Below are positions 38,022-52,390 of a DNA stretch of 64,000 nt, in pieces. Under the pieces are notes generated by a model that ran no database searches, was not told the DNA's origin, and saw only the letters and a list, made by a program, of their open reading frames with translations. The DNA is from Botryllus schlosseri (lineage: Eukaryota). Location of the stretch: assembly GCA_051294905.1 (NCBI GenBank), contig CM119371.1, positions 2,482,001 through 2,546,000 on the forward strand, read 5' to 3'. Made by a program: the position numbers and the translations under genes. How positions within the stretch are numbered: the first letter of the stretch is position 1; every line of letters starts with the position of its first letter.

Positions 38022-38600
38022 CAGGGTTGTAATGACTCGAGTCATGACTCGGCTCGAGTCAGACTCGAGTCACGATTTTCGGATGACTCGACTCGAGTCA
38101 TTTTCTCAAAATTCGGAAATGACTCGACTCGACTCGACTCAATTTGTATATTGACTCGACTTGGACTCGAGTCATTGCGCATGACTCGAAGCAAGTCATT
38201 GACCCGAGATTCAGACGGCGAAGACCGACATTTCATTGTAATTTCGAAGCCAACACACTATTGGGATTTCGTTTGTTGGTACTGGTGCTTGAAAATGCGA
38301 CCAGAAACTGCTAAAAGTGAGGAACATTGATATATTATAAATGCGAACCATTCAATATCACCAAACAGAGTTAAAAAAGTGGGTTTAGGAAGACTTTAAC
38401 TGGAAACTGAGTAGTCAACACCATGACTTGGGCTCGGACTCGAGTCATAATACCATGACTCGGACTCGATCCTCTGTTCGCTGACTAGGACTCGGACTTG
38501 ACTCGGTGGGAATTGAAAATGACTCGACTTGACTCGAGTCAAAAATATAAAGGTGAGATTGACTTGTGACTCGGAACCTTGTGACTTGGTTACAACCCTG
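38022..38600. mobile_element. hAT-type MITE with GACTCG motifs
   Basis: TIR CAGGGTTGTAA…TTACAACCCTG, perfect TSD GGTTTGGT. Absent from unit A. Confidence 0.92.
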
Positions 38601-39111
38601 GGTTTGGTCGAAGGCCATTTTCAGTATTCAGCACGCTAAATTGAGAGGTTTGGTCGCGGAACATTTTTAAATCGAAATTTTGGGTCGCGACCATAAAAAA
38701 CTTTTGGAAACAAAATAACTGATCAGTGATCATACGTGAACTTGTGTAGGATGGGTATATACACACTGAGCAGTGTGGACACTCCGTCAACTTCACGTAC
38801 TGGTCATTCGCACGGTCCTTATTTGCTTTTCTTCTTTGTAAGCTTATAGTTTCCCTCACACATGCGGTGATTACTTCATCAACGTATTTATTTCCTATAA
38901 CGATTACACCAAAGTCTCCTTTATGATTATATTGTTAAAGGGACAGTGCACTCTCAATATGATGCAGTCTCGAATTGAAGATAAATTCGGTAAAAAATTC
39001 TTGGCCGCAACTATTCTCCTCAGAAAGCTTCCGTAATGAAGCTGCAGCTAAACAAAAATTCCAACTACCCGCATTACTTGCCAGTTGAATTAGTATTGTC
39101 TATAATTGTGG

Positions 39112-42100
39112 CGCGTCTGCGAGTCTCTGTTGCTTAACCAGTTGCGAACTTGCTGGCACGATATCTTCACTTGCACTTGCTCGACGCGATCTCCATTGCG
39201 ATTTCTCGCCAGCAAGAATTTTTTATTGTGGCTATCCGACAGTCCATGTTAACATTGTGTTTGCTATCGCAGCGGATTTAAATGTTGAGTACACAATTGC
39301 GCAATATTCATTGCTAGGCTACATGATTGAAGCATTGCCATATAAAAGAAAGTGAGCCTAAAATTCTCCTTAAAAAATGATTGTACTCGCAGATAAACAT
39401 ATTGATACCCACTGTCTGTATACCACTTATTCCAGATTTTGTTAGTTGCCGATTCACAGAGCAGCTTGGCTATGATTCATATATATGTATCAAACCATGA
39501 GTGCATGATGTGCATATGATGCTGCTGGACATTAAAGGTAAAGTAATCGAGTTTGAATACTTGGTAAATTTTGCACCGATTCACTGTGCCATCCCTGAAT
39601 GTTGAATGTCAAGCGCCAACCTACGCATATCAGTTCTACTAATCAGTTCTCATGTCTGACACGGTCGGGGATTGAGACACGATATAGCGGCCAAGCACCT
39701 GGTCGCGCTATCATTATGTTATCCTGTCTATTAGGAGTTTACGCACCTTTAATTACCTCGAGCCGATGCATTAAGGCAGTTCTTTTCAACAATGAGTCGG
39801 AAATTCCATCGTTACATATGTTAATATCCAGCTATTATAGTAATGTTTTTTTTTCAATTAACTCTCACGAAAGTCAGCCTAACATATTCCAGTTTATTCA
39901 ATACACCGTATTCAATCGGTCAACGTTCCTGTTTACTACCACCAAAAGTCGGAACGTGCCACTGGATGTTTGTTTAATTCTGATTGCCTCAGTCCTAAAT
40001 TACCCCATAAACTGATATCGCTGGATTGCCGTAAATGCGACATCTAAAGCTTTTTATTGCCGATTGCCGTGTGCCGTACACATTATGAGCAAGACGGTGC
40101 TCAACTAAAGTAAACATTGTTAGCGATAGCGTTTGGACGAATCAGATATCAAATACCAAACTGCATGTCATTGAATTAGATTGATATATATAGCTAATAG
40201 CGATGGTGTGAACGTGAAGTTCACGTTCGCGATTTGTGTGTGAACCTCTGAAATTTAGAGGTTCTCGTTCACAAACGAACCTTGGTAGGTTCTGCACTGT
40301 GAAACTTCTGAATATATTACACTTTTTAGCATCATTATAACATCTTTGGTTGAAATTATTTGCATTTCAAATTACGGCCAATTTATGCATGACTATGGCA
40401 CTGGCAGCATAACAAGAATCTACACTACACTAGCATGCACTTGCCAATCTCCAAAATTTCATCATCTTTGTTACAAAAGTTTGCTTGAAATATTCAACTT
40501 TTTGCTTGTGAATATTTTATTACCTCTGTGCTGTGAGCTTGGTCAGCAATCCCATGACACATAGAGCGAAATCCGCAACATGTAGGTAGTCAGCGGATGA
40601 TGCTCATTCAACCAATCAATGAAATTGACAGAACGAAAACATCATTGTCCGACGTAAAAAATTCTAGCAGGCGTACGGGACCCATCTTGATTTGATATGT
40701 ATTGTATCATGAAAAAAAACAAATCCTAGTCACTAGGGTGTGTGCTACTTAGAAATTTGTTAATGAAGGAATATAGGTAGCGGAGTTGGAGCAATTGTAA
40801 TTTGTAATTGAGGTGAATTTATTTTTTTACATTTTTTTTCATATAATTTGATTGTAATTGTAATTGAAGCATTTCTATTTTGAGTAATTGTAATTGTAAT
40901 TGTCATTTAACGAAAATTTTGCCCAGTTACAATTTCAATTACATTGACAACTACACTAGCATGCACTTGCCAATCTCAAAAATTTCATCATCTTTGTTAC
41001 AAAAGTTTGCTTGAAATATTCAACTTTTCGCTTGTGAATATTTTATTACCTCTGTGCTGTGAGCTTGGTCAGCAATCCCATGACACATAGAGCGAAATCC
41101 GCTACATGTAGGTAGTCAGCGGATAATGCTCATTCAACCAATCAATGAAATTGACAGAAAGAAAACATCATTGTCTGTAATTGTAATTATCCTTTAATGA
41201 AAATTTTGCCAAGTTACAATTTCAATTACATTGACAATTCAAAATGTTGACCAATATTTACCTGTCACTGTATTACCAATTGCAGCTACGACTATATGAG
41301 CACTTGGTCGCTAGCTATTAGCCTACCCACATTAACATCGTGATGTAAAATTTTTCGTGTATTACAAATAGCCGACGGTGGATCATGGAATGGGTAAATT
41401 ATGTACGTAAGCGGGAAAGTATCGGAGACGGTATTGCCATGGATTACATTAGGTTCAGGGGCATCTATGCCAGTGTTTCTTAAACTTTTCCCGACCGCCT
41501 ACCACTAATTAGTTTAACTTCACGGCGTAGGCCTACCATCTGAATGCCAAATGACCTCTCAGTCAAATGTACCAGTAATATTAGTAATTGCCGTTCATAA
41601 TAGATCATAACACCAGTGAATAGTTAGGAAAGCGGATTTAACATTCTAGATACAACTGTTTCCTCCAGACCAGATTGTCCAGGAGGCGTATAGCAATATT
41701 CATAACTCACAGGCTAATATGTCAATTGTCCAGGCTCAGTTGGACCATCTCTTCCATTTAATGGCATGATAATGCATTGATATGGGGTGATTACTTCATG
41801 AATGTAATCGATTGCGACTAAGATTACTTCTGAATCACGGGATTACGATAACGTTTACGATTACAGCAAAATCAGGAAGTAGTCGAATACGATTACATTG
41901 GAAAAGTAATCATGATCACATTCATTTTGCTTCTCAGAACTAATCTTACAAGATATATTGGAAGACAATATAAGAATTGCGAAAAGGCCTAATGAGATAA
42001 TTAATTTATTCAAATATGAGACTTCATTTGCTTGCTACTTCATAATGTGCCATTGCCCAATTATATAGGGCAAGACTTATCGCATCCAGCGAATTGATTT

Positions 42101-45100
42101 CTTGCCAGGTCAGTAACTTCCGCACCCCAAACTCCCCTATAGGGTGGGGATTGCGTTAGAAGAGAGCTCAGTATTTCGCAAATCAATGTAAATTATGGAG
42201 TATTTTGAAGAGATTTAATTACCTTGAAAAAAACCTTTTTCAAACTTCGTGATTTAATGTCTGAAGATAGCATGATTTTGAAATAGATTCCTCTCACCCC
42301 CTCAAGAAAAATATATGCGACTCCGTGAAGTTTGCTAACAAAGAAACACCTTGACTGAAACTTTGGGTATGTGTCCATTGTCAATAGCCGCGATGGGTGG
42401 GTGTGACGAATAGTGCGGTCCTTCCAATCTGAGTTCCACAATACAAATGACATCCGGGGCACCACAGAGAAAGGAACACATCAAAATTTGTGTGCACGTC
42501 CCGCGAATTATTTTTTTAGTCTACTACGTTTGGGTTAATAAAATATCTTTTGATCATATAACAGACGGGAGGTCACATCCTATATACGAAAAAGTTAACT
42601 CGAGTCTGACTACAGTCAAGTCATGACTCGAGTCATCTCAACACTGGTTTTGACTCGAGTCAAATCGAATCATTTTCAATTCACCTTCCTAGACAAGTCC
42701 GAGTCCAAGTCATCGAGCCGAGGGTCGAGTCCACAATTATACACTCAGCATTTTAAATCTCTCTTATTGTGAAATTACAATTATATGTGCACGGTAGCCT
42801 ACGTAATAGCATGTGTATTCCGTCTTATGTTCCGAATACGACATCCGTACGCAAAGCCATATAACTAGAATTTTGTCATTCGAACTTATCTAACTGCGTA
42901 ATAATATAAATAATATATTTGATTATATGATACGAACATTCATCGAACTTCATCTGTAAATCAATCTGATTCGTTCAGTTGATGATGAGTTAAGCGATTA
43001 TTGAACAAATGATGCGGCTACAACTTTTGAATCGTAAAATGAGCTCCGTACACATAATAAATGTTTAGCGTCGACTGATATATGGTTTTTTTGTTTCAGT
43101 TGACTGTGCAAGGTACGTTGGGGTGCATTGGTCTTAACGTTGCACATTGTACGCACTGTCAACGCATCGATTATCTTCATTTAATATTCCTTGGTTGCTG
43201 AATGCTATTCCGAGTCGGGGAACTTACCCCGCAAGCTCGCAGTCCCTTACAAATTTCAAAGTTGACTTACCAGAGTAATTCTGGTTTGCATTACGTACCA
43301 TAAACTTATCTTGCTTCCAGGAGAATACGGACAAAAAGAAACGTTCAACCAACATCTGTGTGCCAGAACGATGATAAGGCATTGATCTTTGTGATGATGT
43401 TGTATTAGCACGACAGGTAATGCGGAATGCAATATAAAATTAGTTGCTGGCAATCCTGTGCATGATATTGCAAATGAGAAGCACATTGCACGTCTGCGAA
43501 CGGTGATGCGTCCGGCTTGTTGATCGGCAGGTCGTGGGTTCGATCCCCGACCATGTCAGGCCAAAGACTCGAAAACTGGTATCCGTGGCTATCGTGCTAG
43601 GCGCTCAATAAATACGGATAGCATGGAGGAGAAAAACAGGGCTGTAGACTAGATGACCTAGCTATAAAGGAGGTTGCATCTCCGTCGTCAAAGCTTCTTG
43701 CTGGTGCGGGCAAAAATAATACCATATCTCTCTCTTTGACACGTCACAAATAAATTGCCACGATAAGATTGATTAGATGAATTAATACCAGGGGTCCCCA
43801 AACTAGGGTCGCGACTCCAAGGCTATCGGCGGCTCATTTCTGAATATTTTAGTTCATTTTTTTAAAGGGAAGAAAAAGCGACCTACGTGATATGCGATCC
43901 AGGAAAACAAGGTATCATATCTGTCGAAGCGTCATTTTAAAGGGTCATCTAATATAACACAAGGTTTGTGTATTGTTATTAGAATTAAGATTGAATTGCC
44001 GGGATCATGAAAACCAATACGACGGGAGTGCCATGTGATGAAAGTATAATGCATACACAGGACATGTGCGAACGGCGCAGTCGGCTAGGTAAGTTGTATA
44101 TTGGTATCTGTATTTCGCGTGACGTGAATAATCACATAAAATACTTGATGACTTCGATTGGATATAGATAGAAAACGTTCCGATAGTCATAAATACGTTG
44201 CTATAGTATTGATTAAATTTCCTAAACTCAAGGATGGAGGTGAACGAGTTCATAACTGCAAGCTTGGTATTGCTGCGCACATACTCGCCAGCTCTAAAAC
44301 ATGAGTCGCGAGTAGGTTTGGTCGAAGGTGCTGACCATTTTCAGTAATCGGCACGCCAAATTGAGAGGTTTGGTCGCAGAACATTCTGAGATCGAAATTT
44401 TGGGTCGCGACCAAAATAACTGATCATACGTGAAATTGTGAAGGCTATACACACTGAACAGTGTGAGCACTCCGTCAACTTCACGTACTCGCCATTCGCA
44501 CGGTCCTTATTTGTTTTTCTCCTTTGTAATCTTATAGTTTCCCTCACACATCTTTTGTTGAAGTGTTACTGACCGACAGTTGCATGATATAAATGTTCTA
44601 ACGTTACGCATTGACTACAGCTGACTTGAAGACTACACATCTTGATGTGGTCATATCGCTGTGTTTGTCTTTTTTACATATTTGTGTGAACAATCATCGT
44701 ACGAATAAAGAATCTGTCCGTCAAAAACATGCGGTGATTACTTCATCAACGTATTTGATTGCGATTACGATTACACCAAAATCTCCTTTACGATTATATT
44801 GTTAAAGAGACAGTGCAATCTCAATATGATGCAGTCTCGTATTGAAGGTAAAATCGGTAAAAAATTCTTGGCCGCAACCATTTTCTTCAGAAAGCTTCCG
44901 TATTGAAGCTGCAGCTAAACGAAAATTCCAACGACCATAATTACTCGCCAGTTGAATTAGTATTGTCTGTAATTGTGGCGCGGCTGCGAGTCTCTGTTGA
45001 TTAACCAGTTGCGAACTTGCTGGCACGATATCTTCACTTGCACTTGCTCGACGCGATCTCCATTGCGATTTCTCGCCAGCAATTATATTTTATTATCGCT

Positions 45101-48100
45101 ATCCGACAGTCCACGCTAACATGGCGTTGGCTATCGCGGCAGATTCAAATGCTGAGTAAACAATTGCGCAATATTGATTGCTAGGCTACCCGATTGAAGC
45201 ATTGCCATATAAAAGAAAGTGAGCATAAAATTCTCTCCCAAAGAATGATTGTACTCGCAGACAAACATATTGATACCTACTGTCTGTATACCACTTATTC
45301 CAGATATTGTGAGTTGCCGATTCACAGAACAGCTTGGCTATGATTCATATCTGTATCAAACCATGACTGCATGATGTGCATATGATGCCTATGGACATTA
45401 AAGGTAAAGTAATAGAGTTTAAATACTTGCTAAATTTTTCACCGATTCACTGTGCCATCCCTGAATGTTGAATGTCAAGCGCCAACCTACGCATATCAGT
45501 TTTACTAATCTCATGTCTTACACGGTCGGTGTTTGAGACACGACATAGCGGTCAAGCACCTGGACGCGCCATCATTATGCTATCTTGTCTATTAGGAGTT
45601 TCCGCACCTTTAAATACCTTGAGCCGATGCATTAAGGCAGTTCTTTTTACGAATGAGCCAGAAATTCCATCGTTACATATGTTGATATCCATCGATTATA
45701 GTAATTTATATATCAATTACCCCTGACAAATGTCAGCCTATAACATATTCGAGTTTATTTCAAAACACCGTATTCAATCGGTAAACGTTCCGGTTTACTA
45801 CCACCAAAAGTCAGAACGTGGCACTGGATGTTTGCTTAATTCTGATTGCCTTGGTCATAAATTACCCCATAAACTGATATCGCAGGATTGCCGTAAATGC
45901 GACATCTAAAGCTTTCTATTGTCGATTGCCGTGTACCGTACACATTATGAGCAAGACGATGCTCAACTGAAGTAAACATTGTTTGTGATAGCGGTTGGAC
46001 GAAGCAGATATCAAATAACAAACTGCATACCATTGAATTAGATTGATATAGGGGAGATGTGGTACCGATGGATCACTGGGACCGAAAATACTTGAAAAAT
46101 TCTCCATGATAATTCCATGATTACACTCCGTGATTTTGTCTACAAGTACATGCTGACAGAATCTTTCCTCACATGCAAAAATATTCGACCTGCATGAGTT
46201 ATGGGGTCTGTGACGAATGATTTACGTTTTAGGGGGTGTAAAGTAAATATGGATCGACATTTGCATATTTCTATATCACCTTTTTTACTAACCAACCAGC
46301 CATAATTTTTGATGTGAGGTATAGGGCTTATATCAGGGTATATAATGGCACATATTTTTTGAATCAATACCATCCTCGAGTGGACTGTTTTCAAGTCAAT
46401 TACAATATTTATGGGGTGGGGGACCTATGGTACCATAGCCGAATCAAGTAAAATAGTTGGACCGACTAATCACTTAACAACAGAAACTCGCCTAGATATA
46501 TATTGGCTGTAAATCATAGTTACCTGCGGTGTTTTGTCGCTATTACGAGGTATTTGAAAGTCAAAATGTCGATTTTCGGGTAATATGTATGTGGCATTAA
46601 TTTTGTAAGTTTAGGCGTAAATCAAAACATGATTTTATGCCAACATTTGAGTTGATATAATCTATTTTATTCTTGAAGGTCGCGAAGAAACATTCTTCAT
46701 TGGCTTGCTGTAGCTTAGCTTATAGTACACAACAAAACAAGTTAACAAATTTGCGTTTTTGAGCGTATGTCTCATAGGTCCCATGGTCGTGTGTCTTTGG
46801 ACCCACCGGGTAGGGACCGATGACACGTTCGAGCAACAAATTTTAAACGTTTATAAATATTTTTTGAAAAGGCGGATATTCATGTAAATGTCCGCGATAG
46901 GTAGAGCTTGTATCGAAGTGTTGAGCCAGCAAAAAATCTGCTATTCTCGGCTGAAGATTTAAGGGCCAGAGATCATTTTGTAATTTTTGATCCATCGGTA
47001 CCACATCTCCCCTATATAGCTACTAGGGATGGTTCGGGTTCGCATTCAAGTTCGCGATCTGTGTGTGAACCTCCGAAATTTTAGAGGTTCGCGCTCCCAA
47101 ACGAACCTTGAAAGGTTCTGCACTGTCAACCGCTTTTGAATATATTACAATTCTTAACATCATTATAACATCTTTGGTTAAAATTCTTTGCATTTCAATT
47201 TCGGTCCACTCTATGCATGGCTATGGCAGCATAACAAAAATTCACACTAAACTAGCATTTTTTCATGTAATTGTAAATGTAATTAAATTGAAGCATTTTT
47301 ATTTTGTGTAATTGTAATTGTAATTTATTGAAAATTTTGCCCAATTACAATCTCAATTACATTGATAATCACAACATAAAATAATTAGCCTATTTTCATC
47401 GATGTTCAGCCATGCTAAACTGTTTGCCATACTTCAGTAGTAACAGAAAACGCAGCGAATTACAATATAGGCTAAACCAGTGGTTCTCAAACTTGGGACC
47501 GTCCCCCCCTCCCTCCTTGTTAGGCGTGAAAGCATTGGATAGGGGGGCCGAAGCTCCGGTAAATTGAAAAATTTTATCGCACTTGGCGCGATTTACCTCT
47601 ATTTCATAGTTATTGCTCTGTGTATAGTACGAATTTCATATTGGAGAAATCTCTCATCAACAGTGATAACCTTCCATACCATCAAACCATCTATATATGT
47701 AAGGATTTCCAACATTCTGGTTTCATTGTGTGCTATTATGACGATAAGGGAGGCACGAAATATATCACTGTCATAAAAAAAGCTAAAAAGTTTGAAAACC
47801 AGTAGGCTAAACTAAATCTTAATATTTCAGAAATGGATGAACAGCAAATAAACTCTAGTGAAACCTGTGATGAACCATTTCATACACAACGGTCATAGTT
47901 TTTTGGTTTACGTCTCTGGCCAGTACTGAGTCTTGTTGCACAATTGCAAAAAGAAATTTCAGTTTTCAACCAAGGCTTCATCACACTCGATCACGCATTT
48001 GTAGAGATGTTATGCCAATCTTGACCAAATTTACTAGTGCCCGAAACTTTCCGCATCCTAATTTGCATCAAATACAATCTGACAGTTTTTGAGCAAGTGA

Positions 48101-48276
48101 AAATGTAAATGCGAACCAAAATTGATTTAATTCGTAGTTATCAGGAGCTTCTTTCCTTTTGCATTTCTTTTAATTTTACACACTATATCATTATCATACC
48201 ATAGCTGACGACTTACCAATAACATTTCATTTGCCTTACTCAGCTCTGTGTATTGGTTTGACTACATTTCACTGCT
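39112..48276 (+). repeat. segmental duplication block, copy 2 (units A2 plus B2)
   Basis: Near-identical to 23450-33609. Homology stops after …TTCACTGCT (33609 / 48276). Confidence 0.95.
46051..47012. mobile_element. young TA-targeting MITE (Tc1/mariner-pogo-like by TSD)
   Basis: Perfect 25-bp TIR GGGGAGATGTGGTACCGATGGATCA. Inserted in a (TA)4 run that is empty at ~31951-31958; net gain of 964 equals 962+TA. Confidence 0.95.
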
Positions 48277-49079
48277 GGTCTCATAATTGTAATTGTAATT
48301 GAACCTAATTAATGTAATTCAAGGGTGTCAAACTCAAATTGCGTCGCGGGCCGAGTTCAAGCCTTCAAATCGCCCACGGGCCGGATCACACCTTTATTTG
48401 TGAACAATTGTATTGGCAAAAATACGATATTTGTCCGGTTGAACACAGTTAAGAGCGGATAAAACAGAAGCACTAACGACGATATAAGTAGGAATATTTC
48501 TGTCCTCTCTTTGCTGTAGTCGCAATTTGCCGTTAGCCTCGGGTATGCGCCGTGAGGAATACAAGATATTTAACTGTCAACGCAGGCGTACGAATTTGGG
48601 TTATTAAAATTAAATCGCAAGTCGGGATTTTCGTCTCAAGTCCGGGGACCTATATTGGATAGGAAGCGACACGACAATACGACCGTAGATATCTGAATTT
48701 TATATTTGTGTAAATTGCACATAACGGTTCCGCATTGGCTTTTTCACTTTTGTGAATAACCGTCAACCGTAAGCTTATATTCCCTTGCAAGTCCTTGTCG
48801 AAATTGTCGGCAAAGCAACGTAAAATATTGATTTTATTTGATTATTATATCATTTAATTGCTTCGGTTGATACATTTGATGACGTTTAAAAAGTGTGGTC
48901 TGAGTCATCGCTAGGTATGGTGTACATTAATATTTATCACTTCACTGAAATTTAGGGTTGGAATTGGCAATATGACGTCACGTTACGTCATGAGGTCCAC
49001 GTTCGCGTTTACACAGAACCTTTCAAAGAGGTTCGCGTTCACACGAGCCCGAATCTTTTAGAGGTTCACACCATAACTG
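47024..49079. mobile_element. old hAT-type element with GGTTCGC/GTTCAC subterminal motifs, containing nested insertions
   Basis: Left end TAGGGATGGT…, right end …GTTCACACCATAACTG; flanks ATAGCTAC/ATAGTTAC (7/8). Confidence 0.5.
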
Positions 49080-50152
49080 ATAGTTACTAGTAAACAGAAG
49101 TAACTGTCAAGGCCTTAGCTGGACTTGAATTACCAGTTTATGCTGCGTGACGCCATGATAAATACTTTGGAACAATTAGGACTCTTCGTGTACTGCTATA
49201 GACACCTATATATTCTTCTAATGTAAGGGGAATCAAAATAGCTATCGCATTCATTAGTAGAATTATAGAGTTATGTTCAATCAGAATACACCAAAAAAAA
49301 ATTGTGGAATGGCTTCGTGTGAAGTCAATTGATAATCATCGCACCACACCCTACCAACCAAACCATCCCATCCATCGATAGATTCGTAATACGACGTGTG
49401 GGCTAATCGTTGCAATCCTCAAAAACGGGAGACTAAGCCAAAATATCAACAATACTGTCGCCAACAAATACATGTCATAGCACAGTCAATTGCAAGTCTC
49501 CGGTGGCAGGTAATTCGAGGAGTGCTGACGCTTGTTTGAAAAATACAGTCTGTCAGTAAAGAAGGTCTGGTCATAGCATTGATCGCAATGCTTGAATCGT
49601 TTATGATCGACTGAGACACTCGAATTCTTCTTACCAGCGTTGCTTTGATGCGAACTTTTCAGCTTCGCGTCCTAATCAGCATGCATTCAACTTGCTTCGC
49701 TTTGACAATGTCTGTTGTGGTAGTAGGCTATGTAGCAATCGCACGCCGTTCTTTCAGTATTTGTTTGCGCAGTATTCTAATTTTATCAGATACTGTTGAT
49801 TAGGGTTATCGCATTTCAGGGGTCGGCATTTCAAATCGGGTCGCGGATCCCTTTTCAAATTTCATCCGGTCTGTAGGCCGTAAGGATATGATTTGGAGAC
49901 AAAATAGGCCATATACACACAGTCTAGCAGTCACGTCTTTAAAGCTTACGTCAGTACACTGCTGCGATCCCTAAGATGGATTACGGACATAGTTACAACT
50001 AAGGAAGTAGTATTCCAATAAATACATACAAATACAGCAAATATATCTTGATCTTCAGCGCCTTTCAGCGACTGCGGAATCCACCTCGGGGTTCGCACTA
50101 GCTGAAAGACTTCCGCTCGTAACATATTTGATATTGATGGGAAGGCTTAAGT

Positions 50153-52027
50153 CAGGGGTGGGCAAACTTTTGAGCTCGCCGGTCGCATTCAACATCACAA
50201 TCCATTCGCGGGCCGCATTCAACATCTGAATCCATTCGCGGGCCGCACTACATCAAAATGGGATTATAAACCAAAACGCAATATCGGTATTTGATTATAT
50301 TGTGAGGACATGGATATAGGCCTACTATAAGTGCTTATTTACAACAAGCCAAACATTGCTTAGATGATATCGTACACGCGTCAGAAACAGTGGCGAGATT
50401 TTATAGCCTGGTCGACCTCCACATCCAATTTGTCGAAACTATATAGATATGAAAGTCGGTTGTCCCAGTTCTTAGAAAATCCTTGAAATCAAAATCTGTG
50501 AGCAGCGATCTGTTTACTAAATCCACTTTTGGTTCAATTCCAGGACACACAATGCTAACAGCATCAAACCATCAGTTATCTTAAAACACGTTTCTAGTCC
50601 ATGTGTAGATACAATACTCTAATTCTAGGCATACAGAGAACGAATCAACCGAAGACACGGAAGAATAATTTTTTTTTATAAACACATCTCTGAAATGATT
50701 AAAAGAGCAGTTGCAAATCTGAAATCACACTCTTGATCCAAATTTTGTCAATCTTATTTTGGATTTATGTGTTGTTTAGCAGCTGAAACATTTTAAACTG
50801 CGTGCGCCTTGAGATCGGGCTGACGCGCAAGAAATTAAACAAAGAACCATAGAAAGTATTTATCCTAAAACGCTGATTGTCAAACCTTTTATAACATGTA
50901 CGTCCCCTCCTTATGATGGTGAGAGATTTCTCGTCCCCTTATCGTCTTATCACAAAACGCAACCAGGATGCTGGCAAACCTAACGGACAGTTTGATGTCA
51001 TGGAAGGCTACGACCGTGAATTATAGATTTGCAAAGACGAGATTCAGACTAAATACAAAGCATAGGGCCTACACTATGAATTGGAAGTAGGTCGCGTGAA
51101 GCGAGAAAAAAATTTCAATTGAGTTCAGCTTCACAATCTCTTCAGATGCTTTCACGCCCCCAATGGGGCCGCACCCCCTAGTTCAGGGCTGGCCCACCTT
51201 TTCGGCCAAAGAGCAACATTCGATTGACGAACCTTTGCGCGGGGCACTATCCGCGCGATGCGCGAAAATTTTTTTAAGTTCATAGGTCAGTAATATTTTC
51301 ATTTGACTATATTGCGGGCCTACTGTATATCGCTGGGCTAAGTTTGCGAGGACTGGGCCATTCGGCGCATGGACATATCGTTATCGAAAGTTGTAGGCAA
51401 CATGCGTCAATCATTTAGTGCCTGTTTCACGGTGGACGGTCTTACTGCGAGCGCAAACGCAAGGTCGCATATGTTGAACGACACTTTGTCTCGTCATCGC
51501 CAATATAGTTAGACTCAATCTAATACATTAGGTGTTCTTCCATTTTCACAAAAGGGCAACAATATTAAAAACAAGAAATCGAGTGACAACATATTGCGCT
51601 AAGCTTGTAGAAAATTTTTACCTTTGATAAATCTATCGCAAATTATTCTGCTTTATTGTAGTGTACGAAGATGTAACAATATGTGAATGACTGATGGATC
51701 TGTCAATGCGTCGGAACTGATATTTTAGTCATCACATCTAAAGTATTGTGGACAGACTAATCAAATTTTTGGTTGGCCTTGCAAGCTTAAAATCTGTGCA
51801 ATCCATTATTGATGATATTAGAAATTTCGGAAATTACCTCGCAGGCCACTCAAAACCTTCTCGCGGGCCACGGGTTGGCCGGCCCTGCCCTAGTTTGAGA
51901 ACCACTGCCTTAGGATTATCATGGTAAAATATACAAAGAAATAGTTTAATCAAGTCCCTGCAGTAATTTTTAGTATTTTGAATACGTTTCTTTAAACTCT
52001 CGCGGGCCCCATGTTTGCCTACCCCTG
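50153..52027. mobile_element. hAT (Charlie-like) element with two nested layers
   Basis: CAGGGGTGGGCAAAC…GTTTGCCTACCCCTG with CGCGGGCC subterminal motifs. Contains ~50873-51907, which contains 51184-51887. Confidence 0.7.
51184..51887. mobile_element. hAT-type MITE, innermost nested
   Basis: CAGGGCTGGCCCACC…GGTTGGCCGGCCCTG, perfect TSD CCCTAGTT. Confidence 0.88.
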
Positions 52028-52390
52028 GTCTAAGCCGTTTTTCAAGTGTTTCTGCGTTGGGGTGTCAAACCAGGTATGACTGCTGTAATATGTTGTTTCA
52101 ATATTTCTGATTGCTATTCTTTAGAGATCAGACGATAGCTGAAAGCGATTCTGAGAGTCACGTCATGACTCAATTGTACCATTCAATGGTTTGAACACGG
52201 CTATCAAAGACCGTTTATTCTAGAAGTGGGCATAGTAGTCATTGTTGGTACTGAAGAAGTAAAAGTAATGTCGTAGAAGTTCAGCTTAATGTGAGTTTTA
52301 ATTCTAGTATTCTAGTATTAATTTGGTTGAAAAGCAACACCTACCTGGAGTACTTTGTTACAGACATACTATGCGATGGTAGGCATATAC

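Larger units (their letters stand above)
30882..39111 (+). repeat. unit B1: older, diverged paralogue of unit A (23450-30881)
   Basis: Collinear similarity with many substitutions (e.g. ORF 34840..35112 vs 26529..26801) and unit-specific TE insertions. Confidence 0.9.
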
